Below are positions 10,800 to 21,288 of a stretch of 64,000 nucleotides of DNA, piece after piece. The stretch is from an uncultured Chloroflexia bacterium (lineage in GTDB: Bacteria; Chloroflexota; Limnocylindria; Limnocylindrales; CSP1-4), in NCBI GenBank assembly GCA_963752475.1, contig CAVVYR010000032.1, positions 15,972 through 79,971 on the forward strand, read 5' to 3'. The notes beneath the pieces are model-generated. The model ran no database searches. It was given only the letters and a program-made list of their open reading frames with translations, and was not told the origin of the DNA. The position numbers were made by a program, and so were the translations under genes. Positions within the stretch are counted from its first letter, which is position 1; every line of letters starts with the position of its first letter.

Positions 10800-11590
10800 C
10801 TGAATCCCAAGCATTGGTGGGCCGTCGCGCCCTCGTCACCGGCGCGGGCCGGGGCATCGGCCGGGCCATCGCGGTCCGCCTCGCGCAAGACGGCGCCGCT
10901 GTCGTCGTCAACGACGTCAACGACGAGACCGCGACCGCGACCGCGGAGGCCATCCGCAGCGCCGGCGGCCGAGCCAAGACAGCCGTGGGCGACCTGGCTG
11001 CGACCGCTGGCGTCCACGCTGTGTGCGATGCCGCGGTCGAGCACCTCGGCGGCATCGACATCCTCGTCAACAACGCCGGCATCTCGCTCTATCGCGCCAT
11101 CGTCGATTGCAGCGAGGATGATTGGGACGCCCATCTCGACATCATGGCCAAGGCCACGTTCCTCTCGATGCGCCGGCTGGCGCCGGCGATGATGGAACGC
11201 GGTTGGGGCCGCATCGTCAACCTGGGCTCGTACGTGGCCCAGTTCAACTGCACCACCAAGTACTTCGGCCCCTACTGCGCGGCCAAGTTCGCCATCGTCG
11301 GACTGACCCAGGTCGCGGCCCAGGAGTTCGCACCCGCGGTCACCGTCAACGCTATCGGACCCGGGGACGTGGAGACCGAGATGATGGAGATCGAGTGGGT
11401 GCAGGAGGGCGAGCGCCGCGGCATCACCCCGGCAGAGGTCAAGGAGGAGTACCGGCAGCGGCTCATCATGGAGCGCCTGGAGGGGCCCGACGACATCGCC
11501 GGTGCGGTGGCCTTCCTGTGCACCCCAGCCGCCAACCAGATCACCGCCAGCCACCTCATCGTCAGCGGCGGCCTCCCCTACCACCACTGA
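10796..11590 (+). CDS. SDR family oxidoreductase
   Basis: Motifs TGAGRGIG, NNAG and YCAAK. Confidence 0.92.
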   Translation: MTESQALVGRRALVTGAGRGIGRAIAVRLAQDGAAVVVNDVNDETATATAEAIRSAGGRAKTAVGDLAATAGVHAVCDAAVEHLGGIDILVNNAGISLYRAIVDCSEDDWDAHLDIMAKATFLSMRRLAPAMMERGWGRIVNLGSYVAQFNCTTKYFGPYCAAKFAIVGLTQVAAQEFAPAVTVNAIGPGDVETEMMEIEWVQEGERRGITPAEVKEEYRQRLIMERLEGPDDIAGAVAFLCTPAANQITASHLIVSGGLPYHH

Positions 11591-11608
11591 CCGAGACGAG
11601 CGCTGGGA

Positions 11609-13063
11609 TCAGGCGCGGCCCTCGACCTCCCTGAGCGCCGGGTAGAGGGCGCGGTAACGCGCGTAGCCGGAGTCATAGGCGGCGTGAGGCCGGGGCTCGA
11701 TGATGTCGCCCGGCTCGACGAAGCGCTCGATGTCCGACCAGGCCTCGAAGGCGCCGACGCCGATGCCGGCCACGAAGGCCACGCCCAGGGCCGAGCCCGG
11801 ATGTGAGCGCAGCGTCTCGAGCGGCAGACCCATGACGTCGGCGGTGACCTGTGGCCAGAGCGCGGAGCGGGCACCACCGTTGGTGACGCGCACGCGCCGC
11901 GGCTGCAGGCCCAGCTCGGCGAAGACGTCGAGGTGGTGCCGGAAGCCGTAGGCGATCGACTCCAGCACGGCGCGGAACAGGTCGCCGCGCCGGTGTGACA
12001 GGGAGAGGCCGGAGAAGACACCGCGGGCCTCAGGGTCGTTGAGCGGGGTCTTCTCTCCCAGCATGTAGGGCAGGGCCACGACGCCACCCGCGCCCGGTCC
12101 CGCCGCGTCAGCCTCGGCATCGAGCACGTCGAGTGCCTCACCGCCGGCCAGCTCACGCTGGAACCAGCGGATGAAGCTGCCCGAGGAGGCCATGCAACCG
12201 TTGGGCAGGTACAGGCCCGGCGAGAGGTGCATATCCAGGTAGAGCCGCTCATCGGTCACCGGTACCGACGTCGTGAGCAGGATGTCGCCGGCCCCGCCCA
12301 GCTTCACCAGCAGGTCGCCCTCGCGCACGAGCCCGGCGGCGAAGGCCGAGGCCACGTGGTCGGCGCTGCCGGCGACGACGGGCGTTCCTTCTCGCAGTCC
12401 GGTCAACGCTGCTGCCGAGGCGGTCACCTGCCCCACCACGTCATGCGGGCGTCGGACCGGCGGCAGGAGGTCGGCGTCCAACCCGGCGGCGGCCACGACA
12501 TCAGGTGCCCAGGCCGCGCTGTCGAGGTCATACAGTCCGCTCTCGACGGCCCAGTTGAGCTCGACCGAGCGCTCCCCGGTCAGGCGGCCGACCATGGCGT
12601 CGTACGAGCCGCAGACCGTGGCCGCTCCGTCCAGCGCGGCCGGTTCGTGACGTGCCAGCCAGCGGATGGTCGGGGCCACCGACTGCTGCGTGATGGGCGA
12701 CCCGGTCCGCCGCAGGATGTCTGCTCCCGCGAGTCCTGCCTGGAGCTCCGCGATCTCGCTCGTCGCGCGTGCGTCGTTCTGCTGGATGGATCGGCGAAGC
12801 GGTCGACCATCAGGATCGAGCAGCACGACGCAGGGAACCATGCCGCTGACGCCGACCGCGTCGGGCTGGCGCTCGGCCGTCAGGCCGCGAGTCAGGGCGG
12901 CCAGGTTGGCCCACCACTCCTCCACCTCCTCCTCGGCCCAGCCGGGATGGTCGGAGTGGAGCGTGGTCGGCTGCTGGGCTTCGGCCAGAAGGCCGCGTCG
13001 GTCGTCGAGCAGGACCGCCTTGGTGGCGGTGGTGCCGATGTCGACCCCGAGGAACACACTCAC
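11609..13063 (-). CDS. FGGY family carbohydrate kinase (xylulokinase-like)
   Basis: Motifs GVDIGTTATKA, QQNDARA, GSADH, PYMLGEKTP and NGGARS. TATGCT-N6-GTG leaderless start. Confidence 0.9.
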   Translation of the reverse strand: MSVFLGVDIGTTATKAVLLDDRRGLLAEAQQPTTLHSDHPGWAEEEVEEWWANLAALTRGLTAERQPDAVGVSGMVPCVVLLDPDGRPLRRSIQQNDARATSEIAELQAGLAGADILRRTGSPITQQSVAPTIRWLARHEPAALDGAATVCGSYDAMVGRLTGERSVELNWAVESGLYDLDSAAWAPDVVAAAGLDADLLPPVRRPHDVVGQVTASAAALTGLREGTPVVAGSADHVASAFAAGLVREGDLLVKLGGAGDILLTTSVPVTDERLYLDMHLSPGLYLPNGCMASSGSFIRWFQRELAGGEALDVLDAEADAAGPGAGGVVALPYMLGEKTPLNDPEARGVFSGLSLSHRRGDLFRAVLESIAYGFRHHLDVFAELGLQPRRVRVTNGGARSALWPQVTADVMGLPLETLRSHPGSALGVAFVAGIGVGAFEAWSDIERFVEPGDIIEPRPHAAYDSGYARYRALYPALREVEGRA

Positions 13064-13118
13064 GACGCCAGCATAGGCTCGCGCGGACGATGGCGGGCGA
13101 CTCCGCGCCCTCGGTCGT

Positions 13119-14261
13119 TCAGGCCTTGCGCCGGAAGCGCGGGTTGGTCTCCGCGACCGGCACGCGCGTCACCAGCAAGCCAGCCGCGACCGAGGCGATC
13201 ACGAAGAGCCAGAAGGCTCCATCGATGCCCACGAGATCGGAGCTGGTGCCGATGATGGCCGGGCTGAGCATGAAGGCGAAGGTCAGGGCGGTGAACACCG
13301 CGGTCAGGGAGGGACCAGCGGGTGGGATGCGCCCGGCCGCGCCGAAGATCTGGGGGATCGGGTTGGCCAGGCCGATGCCGGCCACGAAGAGCCCGAGCAG
13401 GGCGATGGCAGGCTCGGCCACGATGAGGAAGGCGGCGATGGCGGCGGCCGCGAGGTACATGCCCCACTCGGTCAGCCTGATCGAACCGAAGCGGTCCTTG
13501 GCCCAGTCGCCGCCGATGCGCCCGAAGAAGAGTCCGGCCGACAGAGCCGCGTAGGCCAGGGCAGCGAACGATGCGCTGGCGGCGATGCCCTCGTCGAGAT
13601 AGACGCCGCTCCAGTCGGTCAGGCCGCCCTCCACGAAGGCGACGAGCGCGATGAGGGCGGCCAGGGGCAGCACAGCGCGCGAGGGCTTGTGGAGCCCGGT
13701 CGCCCCCACGGTCCTGATCGAACCGATGCCCAGCGACCTGGCCGCCAGCAGTGCCACCAGCCACAGTGCGACAGCGGCCACGACCGCCTCGACGACCGGC
13801 TCGACCCCGGCGGCGAGGGCCAGCGCGATGCCCACCGCGCCGACGACACCACCCAGCGACCAGCCGGCATGCAGTCGGGACATGATGGACGTCCCCCCGC
13901 TGTCTTCAAGGGCCACGCCGTGCGCATTCATGGACACATCCATGGTGCTGTTGACGTAGCCGAAGACGAAGAGGGCGGCTGCCAACAGCGGCAGGCTCGG
14001 CGCTGCCAGCGGCAGGATGACCAGCCACGGGAAGATGAGCGAGGACGCCGTGAGGATGCGCCGGCTGGACACCCGCACGAGCAGCTGGCCGGTCACCTGC
14101 TGCGAGATCAGGGCCCCCAAGGGTGCGAACAACAGCGCCAGGCCGAACTCGCCGCCGCTGGCACCGAGTCCGTCCTTCACCGTTGGGATCGTCGCCACCC
14201 ACGTGCCCATGACGACACCGTGGACGAGGAAGGCGAGGAAGGTGGCCACGCGTGGGCTCAT
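13119..14261 (-). CDS. MFS transporter
   Basis: About 12 hydrophobic segments with DVSMNAHG, SRLHAGWSLG and EG..TDWS. Confidence 0.88.
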   Translation of the reverse strand: MSPRVATFLAFLVHGVVMGTWVATIPTVKDGLGASGGEFGLALLFAPLGALISQQVTGQLLVRVSSRRILTASSLIFPWLVILPLAAPSLPLLAAALFVFGYVNSTMDVSMNAHGVALEDSGGTSIMSRLHAGWSLGGVVGAVGIALALAAGVEPVVEAVVAAVALWLVALLAARSLGIGSIRTVGATGLHKPSRAVLPLAALIALVAFVEGGLTDWSGVYLDEGIAASASFAALAYAALSAGLFFGRIGGDWAKDRFGSIRLTEWGMYLAAAAIAAFLIVAEPAIALLGLFVAGIGLANPIPQIFGAAGRIPPAGPSLTAVFTALTFAFMLSPAIIGTSSDLVGIDGAFWLFVIASVAAGLLVTRVPVAETNPRFRRKA

Positions 14262-14307
14262 CCGGCGGAGGTCCGTCGCGCGGGGGCTGCGCCGTATCGG
14301 CGCGGGG

Positions 14308-14787
14308 TCACTTGCCAGCCTTGAACGGGTAGAGCACCCAGTCGTTGGTCTCGACGATGAAATGGTCGGGCACGATGTCCACTCGCGACTTGCCCGGCTT
14401 GTAGTGCAGTACCGCCGTCACCGGCGTGCCACCAGCGGCGCGGATGCGCTTGGAGACCGCGGCGATGGTCGTGCCACTGTCCCAGACCTCATCGATGACG
14501 AGCACGGTCCTGCCCACGATCTGGTCATCGGAGGGGAACTGCAGGAAGTCGGCCTTGCCTCGGAACCCGCTCTCGTCGTCATAGGCCACCACGGCCGCGA
14601 GCAGCATGTCGCGCCAACCCATGCGATAGCCGAGCATGCCCGCGGGTACCAGACCGCCACGCGAGATGGCCAGCACCACGTCCGGCTCGGGGGCCGCTCG
14701 GAGGCGCACGGCGAGCTCGGCCACGAGTCGGTCGAGGTCAGCCCAGGTGACGTTGATCTTGACGGGTTCGACGGAGGTTTCGGGCAT
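14308..14787 (-). CDS. Purine phosphoribosyltransferase (xanthine/guanine PRT-like)
   Basis: AISRGGLVP, PRPP loop VLVIDEVWDSGTT and WVLYP. Start moved to ATG 14787 (TACGCT-N6-ATG). Confidence 0.85.
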   Translation of the reverse strand: MPETSVEPVKINVTWADLDRLVAELAVRLRAAPEPDVVLAISRGGLVPAGMLGYRMGWRDMLLAAVVAYDDESGFRGKADFLQFPSDDQIVGRTVLVIDEVWDSGTTIAAVSKRIRAAGGTPVTAVLHYKPGKSRVDIVPDHFIVETNDWVLYPFKAGK

Positions 14788-14868
14788 GTCGGCAGCGTAC
14801 ACGTCGGTGCCCTCGCCCGTGGACGCCAAGAGGGAGATTGAGCCCTATCGAAGAGGGGGCTGAGTGAG

Positions 14869-15354
14869 ATGACCTCGCGTATCGCTCCGCTCCGAGGGTC
14901 ACGCCTGACACGGAGCCTCCTGGCCGCAATGTCACTCTCACTGGTGGCATCCGTGACGATGGCACCCGGGCCGGCCACGGATGAGTTCGAGGGCGCCCTG
15001 CGCATCGCGGCCTCCTACCACCGCGAGCTGTCCGGCCTGCCGGCCAGGTACATCGACCAGCCCGAGACGGCGACAGACGAGTTCGAACGCCTGACGGCGG
15101 CGGCGACGGAAGCGCAGTACGAGGTCGCCATCGAGCCCTGCTTCGCGCGCTGGTGGGCCTACGAGTACATGGGTCTCGAGCTTGCGGCGCTCTCGCTCGA
15201 GCTGCGTCGGACCCACGAGGGGTACGCCGAGACGGCCGACACCCTCGAGCGGCTGGGGGCGCGGATGTGGAGCGACGCCATGAGCCTGCTGCCCGACGCG
15301 GCCTCCGCCTGCGGTCTCGAGCAGCGCCCATCACTCCGGCTCAGCTTGCCCTAG
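14869..15354 (+). CDS. Hypothetical, probably secreted, helical protein
   Basis: Hydrophobic N-terminal signal-like segment, GC3-rich codons and two Cys. No family recognised. Confidence 0.55.
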   Translation: MTSRIAPLRGSRLTRSLLAAMSLSLVASVTMAPGPATDEFEGALRIAASYHRELSGLPARYIDQPETATDEFERLTAAATEAQYEVAIEPCFARWWAYEYMGLELAALSLELRRTHEGYAETADTLERLGARMWSDAMSLLPDAASACGLEQRPSLRLSLP

Positions 15355-15479
15355 AACGGGTCCATCGTTCCCCACCGGGGACCCTGCTCTACCATGAGCC
15401 CGACACCGGTTCCGGTGGCGACCGCTGCGGCGCGCCGTGGCCCCGACCTTGAGATTGCGTACGCCTGAGGAGGCATGAC

Positions 15480-16007
15480 ATGGCATTCGGACCGCTTCAG
15501 ATCTTCACCTTCGGCTTTGATGACACCTCCCGCTTCGAAGGCCGCATCGCCGAGGAGCTCATCAAGCTCAGCGATGCCGGCACCATCCGCATCATCGACG
15601 CCCTCGCGGTCGTGGCCGAGGGCGATGAGGTCGAGATCCTCCGCGTCTCCGATCTCGACGACGAGCAGCGCACCGAGCTGGGCATGGAGATGGGCGCGCT
15701 CATGGGGCTCGGCATGGCCGGTCTCGAGGGCATGATCGAGGGTGCTGCGGCCGGCGCGGCGATCGTCGAAGAAGGCGGACTCGGCGTGGTCGAGGCCATC
15801 GGTGAGGAGTTCATCGAGAACCTGCCCGATGGCGCAGCCGCGCTGCTGTTGATCATCGAGCACGCCTGGGCCGTGCCGCTTCGTGAGGCGGTCGCCGACG
15901 CCGGCGGCCTGCTCCTCGGCAACCAGTGGATCGGCGCGCAGGACCTCGTCGAGCTGGGCCTGGCGCTGGGCATCGCGGCCGAGCAGGAAGCGGAGTCGAA
16001 GGACTAG
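15480..16007 (+). CDS. DUF1269/DUF6325-like membrane-associated protein
   Basis: MAFGPLQ..., GTIRIIDAL, Gly-rich hairpin and AALLLIIEHAWA. GAGGAGG RBS. Confidence 0.75.
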   Translation: MAFGPLQIFTFGFDDTSRFEGRIAEELIKLSDAGTIRIIDALAVVAEGDEVEILRVSDLDDEQRTELGMEMGALMGLGMAGLEGMIEGAAAGAAIVEEGGLGVVEAIGEEFIENLPDGAAALLLIIEHAWAVPLREAVADAGGLLLGNQWIGAQDLVELGLALGIAAEQEAESKD

Positions 16008-16134
16008 CCGCTCACATCCGGCCGGAACGCCCGGACCCTCCGGGCAGCGGACCGAGTTGTCGTCTCGCGCACGGGATCGACGCCTCGGTCCGACCGCATC
16101 TGCGACGCCGGTACACTCCGGCGAGGAGGTGACG

Positions 16135-16980
16135 ATGTCCTTGAAGTGGGACGGAAGAGAGTGCTGGGCCGTCGTGCTCGGCGCAAGCAGCGGCTTCGGT
16201 GCCGCGGCCGCCAAGGCCTGGGCCAGGGCCGGTTTCGGGGTCATCGGCGTCCATCTCGACATGCGCGCGACCAGAGCCGATGCGGAAGCTGTGCGCGACG
16301 AGATCGCCGCGCTCGGTGTGCCGGTCCACTTCTTCAACACCAACGCCGCCGACGACGGCAAGCGCGAGAAGACCATCGCCGCACTGAGCGAGGTCTTCGA
16401 TGAGCGACGAGCAGCCGGAGAGCAGCCGATGGTGGGCGCGATGCTCCACTCGCTGGCCTTCGGGGCGACCCTCCACTACATCACCGACGATGAGGACCGC
16501 AAGGAGCTGTCGCGCAAGCAGATGGAGATGACGCTCGACGTCATGGCCCATTCCTTGCTCTACTGGACGCGCGACCTCTATCACGCGGACATGCTGCAGC
16601 GTGGCTCTCGCGTCTACGCCATGTCCAGCGAGGGCGCCATCCTGGCCGTGCCCACGTACGGCGCGGTGAGCACTGCCAAGGCCGCTCTCGAGGCCCACGT
16701 CCGGCAGCTGGCCCTCGAACTGGCGCAGGCCGGCATCACCGTCAACGCCATCCGCGCTGGGGTCACCGACACGCCTGCGCTGCGACGCATCCCCGGCTGG
16801 CGACAGCTCGTGGAAGCGGCCGAAGCGCGCAATCCCAACGGTCGCCTGACCACGCCTGAGGACGTGGCCGACGCCTTGACGGTGCTGGCCACGCCGCAGA
16901 CGCACTGGATGACGGGCAACGTCATCGGCGTCGACGGCGGCGAGGTCATGGGCACCAGGGAGTCGGCCGACATCCCGTAA
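16135..16980 (+). CDS. Enoyl-ACP reductase-like SDR (FabL type)
   Basis: LGASSGFG, YxxxxxxK motif (YGAVSTAK), GVTDTPAL and NP.GRLTTPEDVA. Confidence 0.75.
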   Translation: MSLKWDGRECWAVVLGASSGFGAAAAKAWARAGFGVIGVHLDMRATRADAEAVRDEIAALGVPVHFFNTNAADDGKREKTIAALSEVFDERRAAGEQPMVGAMLHSLAFGATLHYITDDEDRKELSRKQMEMTLDVMAHSLLYWTRDLYHADMLQRGSRVYAMSSEGAILAVPTYGAVSTAKAALEAHVRQLALELAQAGITVNAIRAGVTDTPALRRIPGWRQLVEAAEARNPNGRLTTPEDVADALTVLATPQTHWMTGNVIGVDGGEVMGTRESADIP

Positions 16981-16992
16981 GGGGGCGAACGA

Positions 16993-19803
16993 GTGAGCGA
17001 AGAGCAGGCAGCGCGCAGCACCAGGTCCGAGCGGGTCAATCCGGCCGTGGAGGCGGAACCGGCCGGCATCGGCTCGTCGAGCGCGCCCAATTCGCTTTCG
17101 CGCGAGGTCCGGCTGCTGGGCTCGCTGCTGGGTCAGGTCATCGCCGAGCAGGCCGGCGAGGAGATCCTCGAGATCGTCGAGCGGGTGCGCAAGCTGACCA
17201 TCGACATCCGCAAGAACCCCTCCGCCACGCGGAAGCTGGGCTTGCGACAGATCATCGAAGAGCTCCCGCAGGAGCAGCTCGAGCCGGTCATCAAGTCGTT
17301 CAGCCTCTATTTCCACCTCACCAACCTGGCCGAGGAGAAGCACCGGGTCCGGCGGGTGCGCAAGCGCGCCCGCACGACCCCTGGCGGCCAGGAGGGCTCG
17401 ATCGAGGCGGCCGTGCGCAAGATGCTCGACGAGGATGAGCCTGACGACATCCGCGAGTTGCTCGACTCGCTCTCGATCGGCCTGGTGCTGACGGCACACC
17501 CGACGGAGGCTCGGCGGCGAACGGTACTGGTGGCACTGCGCCGGACGTTCGACCTCATCGACCGCCTCGATGACCCGCGGCTCACGCCGAACGAGGACTT
17601 CGAGATCCGGCGGCGACTGCGCGAGGAGATCTCGTTGCTTTGGCGAACGAGCTTCCTGCGCACCGAGCGGCCGAGGGTCATGGACGAGGTCCGAACGGCC
17701 CTGCTCTTCTTCGACGAGACGCTGTTCCGGGTCACGCCGTACGTCTATCGCACGGTCGACCGCGTGCTGGACCTCGCGCCCTGGACGGGCGAGGGCGCTG
17801 CCGAGAATGGCTCCGGGCCGGCTTCGGATACCGGACACACGGGTACGCGCCCACCAGCCATCAGGCCCTTCCTGCACTGGGGCTCATGGGTCGGGGCGGA
17901 TCGCGACGGCCACCCGCGCGTGACTGCGGCCATCACCCGGGAGGCCGCGGCCACCGGCGCCGATCACGTCCTTCGCGGGTTGGAGGCTGTGGCCACACGC
18001 CTGCTGCACACGGTCACACCGACCCACCTGGTCGACGACGTCTCGCCCTACATCAACTCGCGGCTCGAGCTGGACCGCGATGAGCTGGGCAACGCCTTCG
18101 ATGACCTCGTCGAGCACTATCCCGGAGAGCCCTATCGCCAGCGCTTCGGCTCGATCGCCGAGCGGCTGCGACAGACGCGCCACCACCTGGTCAACGGCCG
18201 TGGCCTGGGCGCCGGCTACGACTCCCCGGATGACCTCCTGACCGAGATCGACGAGCTGCAGAGGGCGCTCATCGAGGACGATATGGCGCGCGTGGCCTAC
18301 GGCGAGGTCCAGAACTTCCGCTGGCAGGTGGAGACGTTCGGGTTCCACGCGTTCTCGCTGGAAGTGCGTCAGCACAGCGAGGTGCACGAAGCCACGCTCG
18401 AGGCGTTGCGCGATGGCGTCGTGCTCGGTGAGCGGGAAGTCACCAACGGCGTGACCGCGGCGGAGGTCCTCGAGACCTACCGCGCCATCGCCGACATCCA
18501 GGAGCGCTTCGGCCCCCAGGCGTGCCACCGGCACGTCATCAGCTTCACGCGCCAGGCGCAGGACGTCTACAACGTGCTCGAGCTGGCCGACTACGCCGGA
18601 CTCGCGCGCGACGCCATCGACGTCGTGCCCCTGCTCGAAACGGCAGACGCGCTCGACGGCGCCGACAGGCTGCTCGACGATATCCTTAGCGATGCTACCT
18701 ATCGTGAGCACGTGCGCGCGCGTGGCGATCACCAGGAGGTCATGCTCGGCTACTCCGACTCGACCAAGGAGTCGGGCGCGATGGCCGCAGCTTGGCTGCT
18801 GCACAACGCAGAGACCAAGCTCGTGGCCGCGGCCAAACGGCACGGCATCCGCCTGACGCTGTTCCACGGCCGTGGCGGGGCCATCGGTCGCGGCGGCGGC
18901 CCGATGAACCGGGCCATCATGTCCAGTGCCCCGCACTCGCTCGATGGCACGCTCAAGATCACCGAGCAGGGCGAAGTCGTGGCTGACCGCTACGCCAACT
19001 TCGATATCGCCATGCGCCACCTGGCGCAGTTGACGAATGCCGTGCTCATCGCCTCGTCGCCGGGGCACGAGCAAGAGGCAGAGGAGGCACAGGCGCGGGG
19101 TAAGACGATCTTCGCCGAGCTGGCCGAACGCTCGGCGCAGGTGTACCAGTCGCTCGTCTGGCAGGACCCCACGTTCGAGGCCTACTACGTGGCGGCGACA
19201 CCCATCGGCGAACTCTCACGGCTGGCCATGGGCTCGCGGCCAGCCGCACGCGGCGGTGGTGCCGTGTCGCTGGACAAGCTGCGCGCGATCCCGTGGGTCT
19301 TCTCGTGGGCACAAGCACGTCTGTTCCTGCCGGCCTGGTACGGCATGGGCACCGCGGTCGAGGCCTTCGAAGCGGAGCAAGGTGCCGGCGCGACCGGATC
19401 GCTGCAGGCCCTCTATCGCGAATCGCCCTTCCTCACGGGCGTCATCGACGTCATGGAGATGGCGCTGGCCAAGGTCGATCTCTCGGTGGCCGAACGCTAC
19501 GCCGGCCTGGCCCCCAAGCCCGATGCCGACCGCATCTGGGAGATGATCCGATCCGAGTACGAGCGCACCGTGGCTGCGGTCCTGCGCATCTGCGGCCGCG
19601 AGAGGCTGCTCGATGCCGCACCCGCGTTGCAGCGCTCGATCCAGCTACGCAACCCGTACGTCGACTCGCTGTCCGAGCTGCAAGTGATGCTGCTCGGCCG
19701 CCTGCGCGCGATGCCGGAGGATGACCCTGGCCGCGAAGAGCTGCGGCGCCTCGTACAGCTCACCGTCAGCGGCGTGGCCGCCGGCCTGCAGAACACCGGC
19801 TAG
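16993..19803 (+). CDS. ppc: Phosphoenolpyruvate carboxylase
   Basis: Motifs VLTAHPTE, DRDG, QEVMLGYSDS.K, FHGRGG..GRGG, TEQGE, LRAIPWVFSW and C-terminal LQNTG. Confidence 0.97.
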   Translation: MSEEQAARSTRSERVNPAVEAEPAGIGSSSAPNSLSREVRLLGSLLGQVIAEQAGEEILEIVERVRKLTIDIRKNPSATRKLGLRQIIEELPQEQLEPVIKSFSLYFHLTNLAEEKHRVRRVRKRARTTPGGQEGSIEAAVRKMLDEDEPDDIRELLDSLSIGLVLTAHPTEARRRTVLVALRRTFDLIDRLDDPRLTPNEDFEIRRRLREEISLLWRTSFLRTERPRVMDEVRTALLFFDETLFRVTPYVYRTVDRVLDLAPWTGEGAAENGSGPASDTGHTGTRPPAIRPFLHWGSWVGADRDGHPRVTAAITREAAATGADHVLRGLEAVATRLLHTVTPTHLVDDVSPYINSRLELDRDELGNAFDDLVEHYPGEPYRQRFGSIAERLRQTRHHLVNGRGLGAGYDSPDDLLTEIDELQRALIEDDMARVAYGEVQNFRWQVETFGFHAFSLEVRQHSEVHEATLEALRDGVVLGEREVTNGVTAAEVLETYRAIADIQERFGPQACHRHVISFTRQAQDVYNVLELADYAGLARDAIDVVPLLETADALDGADRLLDDILSDATYREHVRARGDHQEVMLGYSDSTKESGAMAAAWLLHNAETKLVAAAKRHGIRLTLFHGRGGAIGRGGGPMNRAIMSSAPHSLDGTLKITEQGEVVADRYANFDIAMRHLAQLTNAVLIASSPGHEQEAEEAQARGKTIFAELAERSAQVYQSLVWQDPTFEAYYVAATPIGELSRLAMGSRPAARGGGAVSLDKLRAIPWVFSWAQARLFLPAWYGMGTAVEAFEAEQGAGATGSLQALYRESPFLTGVIDVMEMALAKVDLSVAERYAGLAPKPDADRIWEMIRSEYERTVAAVLRICGRERLLDAAPALQRSIQLRNPYVDSLSELQVMLLGRLRAMPEDDPGREELRRLVQLTVSGVAAGLQNTG

Positions 19804-19983
19804 CGACGAGCCGCTGCTGATCGACCCTCGCCGGCATCTGTCCCCTCGCCGGCGTGTATCCCCTTGGGGAGGCTCCATCGACCGTGGAGGTGGCCGCCTG
19901 GGAGGCACAACGAGCAGGGCATGGCCGGCGCCGAAGTAGCTGTAAGGCCCTGATCGGCAGTGCCCTCTGGCCTGTTCGGGCGT

Positions 19984-20002
19984 TTGCAGCGGTTGCTATA
20001 GT
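19984..20002 (+). promoter_or_regulatory. Extended -10 promoter (TGcTATAGT) for cluster B
   Basis: TG-N-TATAGT at 19994-20002 in an AT-richer patch, overlapping the imperfect palindrome TGCAGCGGTTGC. Confidence 0.55.
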
Positions 20003-20081
20003 AGGCAGGCACTAGAAAGTAAACGTAAGCACTCGCAAGTCCCCAGTGAGTGCCGGCGGCCTTGGGAGGAGAGCGACCCGC

Positions 20082-21288
20082 ATGGCGGCGACAGGCCCGC
20101 GACTGACCTTCAACACGCACTTGCACGTGCCCCCGAACTTCTCGGCCTTCACCACCGTGGAAGATGCCGTGGAGACCTCGGCGCGGGAAGGCGTGAAGGT
20201 CATCGGCACATCCAACTTCCACAGCTTCGGCGTCTACGACCGCTTCGATGCGGCCGCGCGTGCCAACGGCCTCAAGGCCCTCTTCGGCCTCGAGTTCATC
20301 TCCGTCATGGACGAAGCCATGCGCGCGGACATGACCGTCAACGACCCGGCCAACCCCGGCCGCGCCTACATCTGCGGCAAGGGCATCCCCGACCCGTCCG
20401 ATCCCGGCGCCGCAGCCGTTTCCTTCATGGCCGAGGCCAAGGTCGCCAACGAAGGCCGCCACACGAAGATGGTCGACCTCACGCGCGAGCTGTACGCCCA
20501 GGCCGGCCTCGAGGTCGACGTCACCTACGAGTCGATCGTGGCCCTCGTCTGCGAGCGCGCCAAGGTCCCCGCGGATTGGGTCATCCTGCAGGAACGCCAC
20601 GTCGCCCTCGGTTTCCAGGAGGCCCTCTTCGGGGCGCTCCCGGCCGAAGAGCGCCCCGCCTTCCTCGAGCGGCTCTACGGCCAGCCGGCCAAGGCCGCCC
20701 CTGACGATGTCGTCGGCACCCAGGGCGAGCTGCGCTCCAAGCTGATGAAGGCCGGCTGCCCCGCCTTCGTGGACGAAACGCCGGTCCCGTTCGAGGACGC
20801 GGTCGACTTCATCCGCGGCACCGGCGCCATCGTCATCTACCCCACCGTCGCCGACGGCGCCGAACCCCATCTGCGGCTACGAGGATCCCGTCGGTGACCT
20901 CGTGACCCGGCTCGGCGAGCGCCACATCTACGGCGCCGAGCTGGTCACGGTGCGCAACACGCCCGAGTGCGTCGACCGCTACGTCAAGGCCTGGCGCGAC
21001 GCGGGCATCTTCGTCACCGCCGGCACCGAGCACAACACGCTCGACCGCATCCCGGTCGACCCCACCTGCGTCAACGACATCCCCATCAGCGAAGCCTCGC
21101 GCGACATCTTCTGGGAGGGCGTCTGCGTCGTCGCCGCCCACCAGCACCTGAAGCAGCAGGGCGAGGCCGGCTACGTCGACGAGGCCGGCGCGCTCAACCC
21201 TGGCTTCCCCGACGCCGAGACCCGCATCCGCTACTTCGCCGAGATGGGCGCCGAGCTCATCTACGAAGCCACAGGAACCGCCCGATGA
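20082..21288 (+). CDS. PHP-domain metallo-phosphoesterase-like protein, split by one extra base at about 20862-20868
   Basis: N-terminal NTHLHVPPNFSAF (HxH), GLEFI, YICGKG and C-terminal GTEHNT. The two ORFs join as ADGA(E/N)PICGYEDP after removing one base. Confidence 0.75.
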
